Of a stretch of 64,000 bases of DNA, positions 48,186-59,517 are shown piece after piece (position 1 is the first letter of the stretch; each line of letters opens with the position of its first letter). The notes beneath the pieces were generated by a model. The model did no database searches, was not told the DNA's origin, and saw nothing but the letters and a program-made list of their open reading frames with translations. The translations under genes were made by a program, and so were the position numbers. This DNA comes from Okamejei kenojei. Taxonomy: Eukaryota. The DNA is taken from contig CM069154.1 of the NCBI GenBank assembly GCA_035221665.1, positions 5,828,001 through 5,892,000 on the forward strand, given 5' to 3'.

Positions 48186-48222
48186 TGGGCAAGAAACAAA
48201 TGAGAAGAATTGGCACCAACAT
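48186..48222 (-). pseudogene. Paralog 2 signal-peptide exon
   Basis: ATG TTG GTG CCA ATT CTT CTC ATT TGT TTC TTG CCC A|gtgagt, phase 1. Confidence 0.82.
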
Positions 48223-49334
48223 CGTTTTAGATGCCGACCTCATGCTGGGATGTTTATCGTTCAGCTCTTAGTCCAGAGAACTAGTCCAGAGAACTAGTCC
48301 AGAGAAATAAATGCCCATCGAAAAGAAATGTTACAATATAAATGATGAAAAAAGCACCAGGAAACCTGATTGTGAAACAAGAGTGAGCCAATTGCTGACA
48401 AACAGCTAGAAGTCTCCCCTGGCTATAGATAATTGCATGAATCATTGTGAATTTTCATTAAATTACAGAATGTAGTTACGCTATGACTCCATGCTACTCC
48501 CATGACTTATCAACTTACGAGGTCCAGATAACTGGACAAAGTCAGAAGGGATTGTGCCAACACCTGTGAAATCATCTCATTCTGTAGTTGAGAGAGGACC
48601 ACCGTGTCTATGTTGCATGTTGGCTACAGAGGTCTTCAGGACAAATAGCATCATCCCATACCCACCTCTCAGATCACCCTTGGACAAGGAATGGCTTATT
48701 GTGGTGGGCAAGACATGCCAATGTGAGCGGGATTTGTTCTGAACTGTGGTGGGTGTGATCCTGGCTGGGACTTTGATCTCAGGTCGAGTCTTGTTTCATG
48801 TCTGGAGCTTGTTAATGGTGGGTGATTTAGTTTTGTTTAGTGATACAGCATGGAAACAGTCCTTTCGGGCCAACCAATTCCACACCATTGTAGTTCAATG
48901 TTATCCCATTTTCACATCCTACACACCGGGGGCAATTTATAGATGCAAATGAACCTACAAACCTGTACATATTTGGATGTAGGAGGAAACCAGAGCAGCT
49001 GGGGAGAACCCGACTGTCGCAATGCGAACTTGCAAACTCCACACAAGGATGCCAGGATCGAATCCAGGTCTCTGGAGCTGTGAGATGGCAGCTGTACCAC
49101 TGTCCCTGAGGGTTTTTGCTTCATTCCAAGTTTGATTCTCGCCACCAGCTAAGTAACTCAGTACAAACCTGACCCACAATTGCCAAAAGTTAGATTTCCC
49201 CAGCAAGCCTTACTGGTTGGGAGGGGGATTGGATTTCCGACTAAACCTCTACAACATTGTAAGTTTTTAAAAATCTCTTCTTGCTCATTTCACAAAACCT
49301 TTGGCCAGGATGTCATTCGCAGTCCAGCTGGCAA

Positions 49335-49998
49335 GTTTAGTTTAGTTTAGTATATCGTCACATGTACCGAGGTACAGTGAGACGCTTTTTGTTGCATGCT
49401 CTCCAGTCAACAGAAAGACTATGCATGATTACTGTTTAAGAAAAAACTCCAGATGCTGGAAAAATCGAAGGTAGACAAAAATGCCGGAGAAACTCAACGG
49501 GTGAGGCAGCATCTATGGAGTGAAGGAATAGGCGACGTTTCGGGTCGAGACCCTGGTTCGTGACCCGAAACGTCACCTATTCCTTCGCTCCAGAAATGCC
49601 GCCTCACCTGCTGAGTTTCTCTAGCGTTTTTGCCTACCTATGCATGATTACAAACAGCCATCCACAGTGTACAGATGCAGGATAAAGTGAATAACATCTA
49701 ATGCAAGATAAAGTCCAGTAGAGACCGGGTAAAGATAGTCTGACTGTCTCCAATGAGGTAGATGGGAGGCTAGGATCTCTATCTAGTCGGTGAGAGGATG
49801 GTTCAGTTTCCTGGTAATAGCTGAGAAGAAACTGACCCTGAATCTGGAGATAAGTATTTTCACATTTCTGTACCTCTTGGCTGATGGGAAAGGGGAGAAG
49901 AGGGAGTGTCCAGGGTGCGACTCATCCCTGATTATGCTGGTGGCCTTGCCAAGGCAGCGTGAAGTGTAGATGGAGTGAATGGAAGGGAGGTTGGTATA
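49335..49998 (-). mobile_element. Rex1-like LINE 3' end
   Basis: NLPSIHSIYTSRCLGKATSIIRDESHPGHSLFSPFPS, UTR and (taaac)n. Confidence 0.78.
49433..49637. mobile_element. Fold-back Penelope-derived mini-insertion with 14-bp TSD
   Basis: Inverted arms ~49469-49548 and 49562-49639; ctatgcatgattac repeated at 49419-49432/49638-49651. Confidence 0.8.
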
Positions 49999-52036
49999 CA
50001 ATCGGACACTGTGTTAATAAAGGACAAAGAAGATAATGAAATCATTATATCTCACTTTAATCTATTTCAAGGCAGACCGCTGCCCTTAAAGTCAGCCTGT
50101 GTGGCGATAAGAATTACTAACCACTTCAAAGCATCGCTTGGAGTTGTGTCTTGACCCTGGTACAGTAGGTGTACGATTGGACACACAATCAGTAAAGATC
50201 TAATAGCGGAAATCAAATGATTGTGCTGAGTTCAATACTCATTAGGTTCGGCAAATTCAACTATTAAGGATCTCTGGGAGGAGACGTGTTTTGAACACCT
50301 TCAATATATTTTATCACAAAGAAAAACAGGGAAGTGAGACAATCTGCATGGGAAAATCCAAAATAGATTATTTCAGCATCTCACTTTTCAAATAAAAATG
50401 AATGTGATCTTAGCAAGCAATTGGGACAGGGTCATGGTGCATTTATGGGAGGGAAATCATGTCTGACAAAGTAGCTGAGAGATTTATGGATCCCGGGTCT
50501 CTGGCGATGTGAGGCAGCAGCTCTACCAGCTGCGCCACCGTGCCGCAGGATGATGGAGAAAAAGCTGTCAACTTGTAGGCTCTGGGGGCTTCTTCTCTGT
50601 ATTGCTGTTAACAAAACAGAGCATCTAATCTAACTTCCTTTATTGTTCGAAACAACATTCAACTAAGATAACAGCACTGTGCCAAAAATCATATCATGCA
50701 GTGATCATAGTTTGAACGCAACAGAAAGTAAGAGTATAGACTGAAGAAGGGTCTGGACCAAAAATGTCACCTATCCTTTATCTCCAGAGATGCTGCCTGA
50801 CCAACTAAGTGTCCATCTTCAGTAGATCATTTGGCCCTTTGTATTTACTCCGCCACTCAATGCATCATGGCTGTCACAGCACCACTTTTGTGAACTGATT
50901 CCATATCCCTTGCATGCTATAATTTGTAATAAAAATATTGATTTTTATTGTGATTGAGCCTCGATGGCCTCCTGGTGAGAGAACTTCGAGGATTCACCAT
51001 GTTCTTTGTGAAGAGGCTTCTTCCAGTCTCATTATCGAATGACTGACCTCACATTTTGAGTCAGATGCACCTTATAAATAGGGGAAGCTTGATCCCTGCA
51101 GCTACCCTGTCAAACCCTATTAATATATTGCGCCCATTAAGCTCATCAATCCCTCACCAGCTTTGGCATCTATCCCATTCATCTGTCCCCATCCTACATC
51201 CCTTCTCCTATTCTCATGCATGTTACAGTTGCCAGTTATCCTACCACCCAGCATGCTCTGGGATGTGGGAGGACACTGGAGGACGATAACAATGCTGTCA
51301 CAGGGAGAACACGCAAATTTGACACAGGAAGCAATGAAGTTTGGAATTGGACCCAGGCGGCTAGAGCTATGAGGCAGATGCACAAGCAGTAGAATCTCCT
51401 CAAAATTAGCCACAACCAGCTGGAGTAGCTCAGCTTGTCAGGCAGCATCTCCGGAGAAAAGGAATGGGTGATGTTTCGGGTCAAGACCCTTCTTCATCGG
51501 ACTATAGACTGCTGAATTTTTAGTTTAGTTTAAATACAGTATTGAACCCAGCTCTTTGACCCACTATGCTGTCCATCTATCACCTTTGTATTAGTTCTAT
51601 GTGATCCCACTTTCACATCTTACACACTGGGGAGAATTTATAGAAGCCAATCAACCTACAGAACTTTGGAATGTGGGAGGAAACCAGAGCACCCAGAGAA
51701 AACCCACTCAGTAACAGGGAGGATGTGCAAACTCTTCATAGACAGAACCTATGGTCAGGATTGAACCTGGGCCTCTGGTGCTGTGAGGCAGCAGCTCTGT
51801 TGAATCTTGACTGTACTATTTGCAAGCATGTCCATCATTAAGTATAGAGACCAGACCTACAAAACATTCCAGACGCAGTCTCAACAGAACCCTATATAAT
51901 TGAACCAAAGTGTCACTATGATTGCTCTCAAATTTATTGCAACAATTGCCCACATGCTGTTTGCCTTCCTAATATCTGCACTGTTGGTCAACTTACAATG
52001 ATTCATGTACAGGGATATCTGGGCCCTTCTGCTCCA

Positions 52037-52412
52037 CAGCACGGTGGCGCAGAGGTGGAGTTGCTGCCTTACAACACCTACAGCGCCAGAGACCCAGGTC
52101 TGAAGAAGGGTTTTGGCCCAAAACATCGCTCCATAGATACTGCTGCACCCACTGAGTTTCTCCAGCACTTTTGGCTACCTTTGATCCCGACTATGGGTGC
52201 TGTCTGTATGGAGTATATACATTCTCCCCTTGACCACGTGGGTTTGCTTCGAGATATCTGGTTTACTCCTTTCCGCAACGACATACAGGTGCCGGATAAA
52301 TGGCTTGGTAAAATTGTAAATTGTGCCCAGTGTGTGTGGGGTAGTGTTCATTGCTGGTGGTGCAGACTCGGTGGGCCAAAGGGCCTGTTTCCACTGTATC
52401 TCTAAACTAAAC
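52037..52412 (+). mobile_element. HE1-type SINE interrupted by a Penelope end (~52100-52180)
   Basis: SINE head, then ctgaagaagggttttggccc...cagcacttttggctacc, after which the SINE resumes. Confidence 0.78.
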
Positions 52413-53887
52413 ATGAGTTTTGTTTATAAAACTTGCCGTTTATGAAACTGTTCAGCATTTCTGCTTTCTTCACCTGCTGTCTTATATGTTGCAATTCCCA
52501 CATCCTTGTACTTCCAACTGCATCCCACAATGACTCTCCATATCCTCATCATAGCTCACCCTGTCATGTAGCTCATAACCCAGGGCTTTTGGAGTGGTTT
52601 GAATATGGATCTCAATAGGCACTATTTTTTTAATTTGTTGAACATATTGTTTTGTTTATTTGTTATTTTATCCATTGAGCACTTGCTGGCTTAACCTAGC
52701 ACTAAATTCTATTCCCTTATCATGTATCTATAACACTGTAATGTCTCAATTGTAAGCATGTATTGTCTTTCTGCTGACTGGTTAGCACACAACAAAAGCT
52801 TTTCACTGTACCTCAGTACACGTGACAATAAACTAAACTGAAACTGACTCTGAAACTGTGTTTACAAACCTGTTGCGCTGCTGCAAATAAGAATGTCATT
52901 GTTCTATTTCGGGACATATGACAATAAAACGCCCTTGACTCGAGAGTCAAACATTATCACAAGTGAAGAGAAAAAAAAGCTTTATCGTGTCTTATTAATC
53001 TCAGTAATCAACATGGCTTTTCCTGGAAGCAGAAACATTCTCTGCGCAAGTACACATTCATCATCTTCAATATAAAATATTTGCCATCTCCAACTTTTGT
53101 TTCCTTTTTTTCTGTGTCTCCTGCGATGCAGGAGGTGCCTCGTAGATCGATACACTCACTCGTTCTGCAGTCAAGTGTTCAGGTGGGTTACTTGCTCAGG
53201 TGCTGTGATGAGATTTGAACCCACAACCTTGAGTTGTAGAGAGAAGATGTTTGCACTGTAACATAACTCCTCCCAGTCTATGTTGGGGATGGGTGTGAGG
53301 AAGGAGACTGCATCGTTCAATGCATTGCGCAAAATGGCTGCTATTTGCATAGCTGACCCAGATTCAGCAATTTAATGGCAATTGCTGATCATTGGGAACA
53401 AGGAAGGGATTGGAAAAACGAGGAACTGCAGAAGCTGGTTTGCAAAAAAAAGAGGCAAAGTTCTGGAATAACTTAGCGGGTCAGGCAGCATCTCTGGAGA
53501 GAAGGAATGGGTGACGTTTCAGGTGGAGACCCTTCTTCAAAGTAAGTAGATTTGTCGATTACAGCAGAGAAAGCTCAGTGCAACCATGGCGCAAAGATGG
53601 GACAACAAACAACATTGGTCCAGGTAGGGGGCTGACGAGAACATAGTGGACCTGGCGTGGGGTGGGTGTGTGTTAACAAAGGGGGACATGGCATTGGGAG
53701 GGGGGAGCGTAAGAACAAAGGGGGACCTATAGGGACTGTAATGAATACTTTGTAACTGTTGGCGCCCTATACATGGTGACTCTTTGTATACCTTGTTTAT
53801 GGTATGCAAAACAAAAGAATTATCACTCTGACATGTCACATGTGGTAATAAAGTACCAATCAATCAATCAATGACTCAATGGTTTAT

Positions 53888-54166
53888 CTAGGAAGTCACA
53901 GTGGCATAAATACCCTGCACGGTGTTCTGTGGATTGTGAGGAGAATGAGCTTTCTGACGGGCAATTTGGCTGACGCTTTGGGATGTAACATCTGAATAGG
54001 TGACATTATCCTCCCCAGTACTGGAGTGAGTCCCTGTGGATTTGCTTTGAAATTCCACTCCTGCATACACAGTTTGATATTGATTAGAACAATGGGCAGC
54101 TTCCTTGTTGCCTTGAATGTCTGACAGTGTTGCATAAACGATGCTCCCTTTTCCTGTTGGCAATTC
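53888..54166 (-). CDS. Terminal cytoplasmic exon of an inhibitory immune receptor (ITIM/ITSM); upstream exons outside the window
   Basis: cttttgtatttcag acceptor, phase 0, 92 aa to TAG. Contains IVYATL, TVYAGV, VTYSDV and GIYATV. Confidence 0.85.
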   Translation of the reverse strand, partial: ELPTGKGSIVYATLSDIQGNKEAAHCSNQYQTVYAGVEFQSKSTGTHSSTGEDNVTYSDVTSQSVSQIARQKAHSPHNPQNTVQGIYATVTS

Positions 54167-54184
54167 CTGAAATACAAAAGATAG

Positions 54185-54500
54185 GTTGAGGTTGAGCAGA
54201 TTAGGATGTTATTCCATGGAACGTAGGAGGATGAGGTGTGATCTTATAGAGGTGTATAACATCATGAGAGGAAAAGATCGGGTAGATGCACAGAGTCTTT
54301 TGCCCAGAGGAGGGGAATCGAGAACCAGATGATATTGTTTTATGATGAGGGGGGAAAGATTTAATAGGAACCCGAGGGGTAACTTTTTTACACAAAGTGT
54401 GGTGGGTGTATGGAATGAGTTGCTGGAGGAGGTAGTTGAGGCAGGGACTGTCGCAATGTTTAAGAAACATTTGGATAGGTACATGGATAGGATGTTTGGA
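54185..54500 (+). mobile_element. CR1 3' fragment abutting the acceptor of the ITIM exon
   Basis: GERFNRNPRGNFFTQSVVGVWNEL. Confidence 0.82.
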
Positions 54501-55457
54501 GGAATGTGGACCAATCTCAGGCAGGCGGGACCAGTGGAGATGGCTCGACCGCCGTGGAACCAGTGGAGGGAAGCTGACGTTTCTAGCCCATTTGCTCCCG
54601 AAGACCGGGACTCAGTGCGGAGATGGAGGGAACCCATGATGGCAGCAGACGCTGGTCAAAGGGCTGGCAAGAAGGACCCAGAGAGGTCTTACCTTCCACA
54701 CTATCAAGGTTGGCTGTGGGAGGCATAACAGGCCGTTATGGCCAGCTGCAGTTGGGACTTTGAAATGCCGCCAAAATCTGACAATTTTACTTCGGAGTCA
54801 CGTGCCCGTGCGAATGCGCGTCAGTACGTTAGCCGAATTGGTGCAAGCACTAGACTGGCAGGGCAGCGCTACTGCCGGCGGTAAGTTAAACCTAAAAGGT
54901 AAGTTTGTTTTTACTTATCAGGGCTTTTCAAGCAGGAGACTTCACAGAGGTTTTCCTGCCAGTTTCACAGCCCGACGAGTGAGCCGGTTATGGACTGTGG
55001 GGAAACCCCGGTCTGACCACAGAAGCGGATAACCGGCAAAAGATCGGTTTGTGAGATAAGCAGCCACTGACAAGGCAGTCAGTGGCTTTCCAGCCTGCGG
55101 GGATGCCGTGAAATGGCAAGAAAGTAACGCCAGAGTCGCTGACAGTGCAGTCAGCGGCTCACAGACGTCGGTCCCCTGGCAGGGAATAAAATTGGTGGAG
55201 AAAGGACTCGTTCAGCCCTTTAAGACTTGGGTGAGTTAGGCTGCAAGGGTATTCTCTAATAATAATGTTTACATGTATGTTATAGTGTTTTTCTTAAAGA
55301 CAAAAGTTAAAGTCAAAGTTAAAAGTCAAAAAAGTTTGTTGTTATGTGTCCCTGACAATGAAATTCTTTCTTGTTTAGCACAAGTTGCTGCGAAAGGTTA
55401 AAATTGCTTTAACCCTTCACAGGTAAATCTCTACACTAAAAATTTGATTTAGTGAGC

Positions 55458-56032
55458 TGTTAGGTACTCCCCCCCCCTCTGGTGAATGCTATGTACTTAA
55501 CTCTTCTGTTTCTCTCCTGAGTGCAGGCCCCATGGCTGGGAGTCAGGAATCAAGGGGCTAAGGGTTCCTGTACCCGATTGGCCAAGCTGCGTCAGGTGAC
55601 GGGTGACTAATACGAAGCTTAAATACCAGAATCTCCCAGAATTCTCTCTCTCTTCGTCGACCCTGGCTCGTGAGTAGGTTGCTGGTGTGAGCTGCAGGAG
55701 GCCTGGCCACATGGCATAGAACTTTGTGTATTATTACCTACATTTGTTAATTAATATTGAATTGGGACAGATAAGGGCTGACCTGAGGGTTTTTGTGTAT
55801 TTTGTTTCTGGGTTATTTCCATTTAGGCAGGTTAGAGACTCTAGTTCGACGTCCCATTTCGAGGCTGGCTGGAGCACTGTTATCTTTGTTTATTAGTTTA
55901 TTCTTGTCCTTGTCTGGGTTATTTGGATTAGGTTTGGGTTTTAACAAAATAAAAGACTATATTCTTGAACTTGAGCCTGGTTTTTGACTATGTTACGCGG
56001 CTCTGAAGTACCTGCATTCAGGAGTCGTAACA
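55458..56032 (+). repeat. 5' LTR (TG...CA)
   Basis: tgttagg...gtcgtaaca; about 22 substitutions versus the 3' LTR by eye (~96% identity). Confidence 0.95.
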
Positions 56033-56035
56033 AAA

Positions 56036-56047
56036 TGGGGGCTCGTC
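56036..56047 (+). promoter_or_regulatory. Primer-binding site, tRNA-Pro
   Basis: TGGGGGCTCGTC, 3 nt after the LTR, complementary to the tRNA-Pro 3' end. Confidence 0.85.
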
Positions 56048-56223
56048 TTAAGCTTTGAGGACCCTAGACAGTCTTGGTTTTTTTTTGGTAGGCTTCTGGA
56101 GACTGAGGAAGTCTGTGTTGTGAGGTGACTGAGGAATTTTGTGTTGTGAGGAGATTTTTTTTCTCGTCCGTGTGGTGACATTGGTGACCAGGGTTTGGCT
56201 GGTTGTTTGGTCCTACATTTGAT

Positions 56224-57507
56224 ATGGAATTTAAAGTACAGGAATTTACTGAGGCTCCTAGTCAGGAGTTGTTTGATAAATGTACCAAGGAGCATTTGTT
56301 TATGCTGGCAGATACCTATAAGGTGCCTATTGATAAGCATTTGAAGAAAGAGGCTATAAAGTCAGAGTTATGGTCTGCGTTGGTGAGGAATGGGGTATTG
56401 CCTGCTGGTGCAGACAGTCCTCTATCTTCTACTCAGCCTGGTCAGAAAATGGGGGACCTCATTCGATTGAAGGAGTTAGAGCTTGAAATGAAAAAGATGG
56501 AGTTAGATCTTGAAAGGAAAAAGGAGGAGAGGGCTTTATGAGAGAAAGAGCTTGAAATTAGAGAGAAAGAGCTCATGCTCCAATTTGAGCTTGAAAGGAA
56601 AAAGGAGGAGAGGGCCTTAAGAGAGAAAGAGCTTGAAATTAGAGAGTAAGAGCTCAAGCTACAATCAGAGCTTGAAATAAAAAAGGAGGAGAGGGCCTTA
56701 AGAGCGAAAGAGATGATGATTGAAATGGAACGCCTTGAGCGGCAGGAGACGGAATTGAATGCCTCCCTAGTTTCTTCTAGGGAACGGGAGGTGTCTAACG
56801 CCTCGGTGTTAGCAGAGAAATATGTATTGACTCATAAAACTGAGTTTGTTGGGCGATCCCATAGTTTTGGTGCATTAAATCGTGTGGTGTCACCGGTGGC
56901 AGTGCCAAAGCTGTTTCTGTGCCTGCAAGTGTCAGCTCATTAATACAGGGGGAGGTCCGAGCTGATAAGGTTGACGGAGATTTCAGGACTAAGGAAGGGA
57001 CTGTGTGCTACCATTGTAAAGGGAGTGGGCACATTTTAAAGTCGTGTCCCGTAGCTGCAAAGGAAAAATGTAAAGCCTGTGGCTTTGGTGGGTACACAAA
57101 GAGTACCTGTGGTTCCTGGGATGCCTGCGTCAGATGAGTGTAGGAATTATTCTGCGTTCATCACAAAAGGTTTTGTTTCTCTAGAGAATGGGGGTCATAG
57201 AGTTCCAGTATCCAGCTTGCGTGATGCTGGTGCTACTCAGTCCTTTATATTGGATAGTGTACTGCCGTTTTCTGGGGAGTCATCGGTTGGGTCCAGTGTC
57301 CCTGTGGTAGGATTTGGGTTGGAGGACATAGTAGTGCCTTTGCATGCCGTGAGTCTCGAGTCAGAGTTGGTTTCTGGCCGGGTAATTGATGGGTTACAGC
57401 CGTGTTTTCCCGTTGCGGGAGTTTCTGTGATTTTGGGGCATGACTTGGCAGGAGGTAGAGTTCTCATTACTCCTGAGGTGATAGCTGTTCCGAAGGTGCA
57501 GTCCTGA
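56224..57507 (+). pseudogene. Gypsy gag (coiled-coil repeats, CCHC knuckle) and protease remnants
   Basis: MEFKVQEF..., ~81-bp repeats at 56509-56710, CYHCKGSGHILKSC and LRDAGATQSFI; contains stops and frameshifts. Confidence 0.8.
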
Positions 57508-57511
57508 TATA

Positions 57512-59472
57512 TTGGCTATGCAGCATCCGACGGTCTTCACAGCTTGTGCTGTCACAAGGGCTATGGCTAAGATCCAGGGAAGGTTTGAGGATGTAGTGGA
57601 CCTGAGTGAGAGCATTTTTGGGGATCAGGAGGATGGATCCTGTGTTGTGGAGGGTGTTTCTACATCTCAAGATGGGGTCTTGTCTGAAAATGTGCCGGTT
57701 TCGCTGTCACGTGACCGGCTGGTTGAGGAGCAAAAGAGTGATCCAGGTTTATCGGATCTGTTCGACTGCGCGGTGCTTGAGGGGGATATGGATTCCACAG
57801 CAAAGGGGTATTTTCTGAGGAATGGCTTGCTGATGCGAAAGTGGTCTCCCTTGGATATGTCAGGGCAGGATGATTGGAGCGTGGTTGATCAGATTGTGAT
57901 ACCTCGTCGGTATAGGGACGAGATACTCTGTTTGGCTCATGATAGACCTCTGGGTGGACATTTGGGGGTCAATAAGACGTATGACCGTATCTTATGGAAT
58001 TTTTTTTGGCCAGAGTTGAAAAAGGACGTGATGCAGCACTGCAGGTGTTGTCACATTTGCCAGGTGGCAGGAAAGCCGAAGCAATCGATTGTTCCTGCGT
58101 CTTTATATCCAATCCCTGTGGTTGGGGAGCCGTTTGAATGGATTCTACTTGATTGTGTGGGTCCTCTACCTCGGACGAGGGTGGGCAACAGGTTTTTATT
58201 GACAATTATGTGTGCGTCTACCCGCTTTCAGGAGGTGGTCCCTTTGCGTAACATTACTGCCCCTGCCATTGTGAAGTCTCTCACTAAGTTTTTTTCATTC
58301 GGTTTGCCCAAGGTTGTGCAGAGCGACCAAGGTTCCAACTTCATGTCAAAGGTTTTTGGTCAGGTAATGAAGTTGTTGGATATTGAGCATTGTTATTCCA
58401 GTGCGTATCATCCAGAGAGCCAGGGAGCTCTCGAGCGGTTTCACCAGACTTTGAATTCCATGTTGAGGACTTACTGCCTGGAATTTGACAAGGACTGGGA
58501 TGAGGGGGTTCATCTCGTTATGTTTGCGGTGCGTGAGGTCGTGCATGAGTCTTTAGGGTTCAGTCCTGTTGACCTGGTGTTCGCGCATACTGTTCGTGGT
58601 CTGTTGAGGGTCCTGAAGGAGAAATGGTTGCAGGAGAATTCAAAACGTAGTATTTTAGACCACGTCAGTACTTTTAGGTCTAGACTGTGGAGGGCATGCG
58701 AACTGGCAATGGGTAATCTTGCTTCTGCTCAGTCTAGGATGAAGGGCTGGTTCGACAGGAAGGCTTCTAGTAGGAATTTTTCTCCAGGTGACAAATTCCT
58801 GGTGTTGTTGCCTATTCCTGGTTCCAGTCTGCAGGCTCGGTATAGTGGTCCCTATCAGGTGCTTAAGCAGGTTGGTGCAAGGGATTACGTTATTGATACC
58901 CCTGATCGGAGGCGTAAGACTCAGCTCTGTCATATCAACATGCTGAAGCAGTACCATGAGCAGGAGCATGTACAGGTTGATGGGGAGGAGCTGTGTCCTT
59001 CGGTTTTGTCTAAGCCGGTTTTGGCTGTAGTAGTGCTGCCCCCTGATACGGGTGGTGATGTGGGACAGGCACGAATGTCTGTGGCAGTGACGCAGGGAAA
59101 GCTGTGCAACTCTGAAGATTTGAAGTTGATTCCCTTGCGGTTGTCTCATTTGTCTGAAAGGCAGCGGGATGATCTGCTTGCTTTGGTGGGGTCAAATGGG
59201 TCACTGTTCTCGGATGTGCCTTCTCAGACGCCTATGCTGCAGCATGCAATTGCTGAACCTAGTTGTAGTCCGTGGAGTTCTCCGTGTCTACTGGCTACGA
59301 AGGCTAATAGGGAGGACAGGTTTTGCATGGACTTTCGGAGGGTGAATGGTGTAACTAAGCCGGATTGCTATCCTCTTCCACGGATGGAGGATTGAGTGGA
59401 TCATGTGGGAAGTGCATCTTTTGTGTCTAAGTTGGACTTGCTAAAAGAGTTTTGGCAAGTTCCTTTGTCACT
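57512..59472 (+). pseudogene. Gypsy integrase followed by truncated RT
   Basis: H-H-C-C zinc domain, LDCVGPL, SDQGSNF, ESQGALER and GPY, then PWSSPCLL, RFCMDFRRVN, YPLPRMED and LDL. Confidence 0.9.
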
Positions 59473-59517
59473 GAATAGTTTATTCCGAAGCTTAGAAGCT
59501 TCTTCTTCCGAAGAAGG

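Larger units (their letters stand above)
38993..48222 (-). pseudogene. CD300/pIgR-like receptor paralog 2, pseudogene (activating-type TM)
   Basis: Leader MLVPILLICFLP (48222-48186), V exon 43504-43191 with a stop and a 1-bp deletion, Thr-rich stalk from 40628, and TM YITWKVGRWLYFTLLGICSISVSLFTSIRK (39083-38993). Confidence 0.8.

Noticed and set aside
54500-54780. GC-rich ORF extension after the CR1 fragment
   Set aside because: No recognisable domain or splice structure; left unassigned.
55497-55987. Duplicated small ORFs (also 61284-61774) as a gene pair or env
   Set aside because: They are chance ORFs within the two LTRs.
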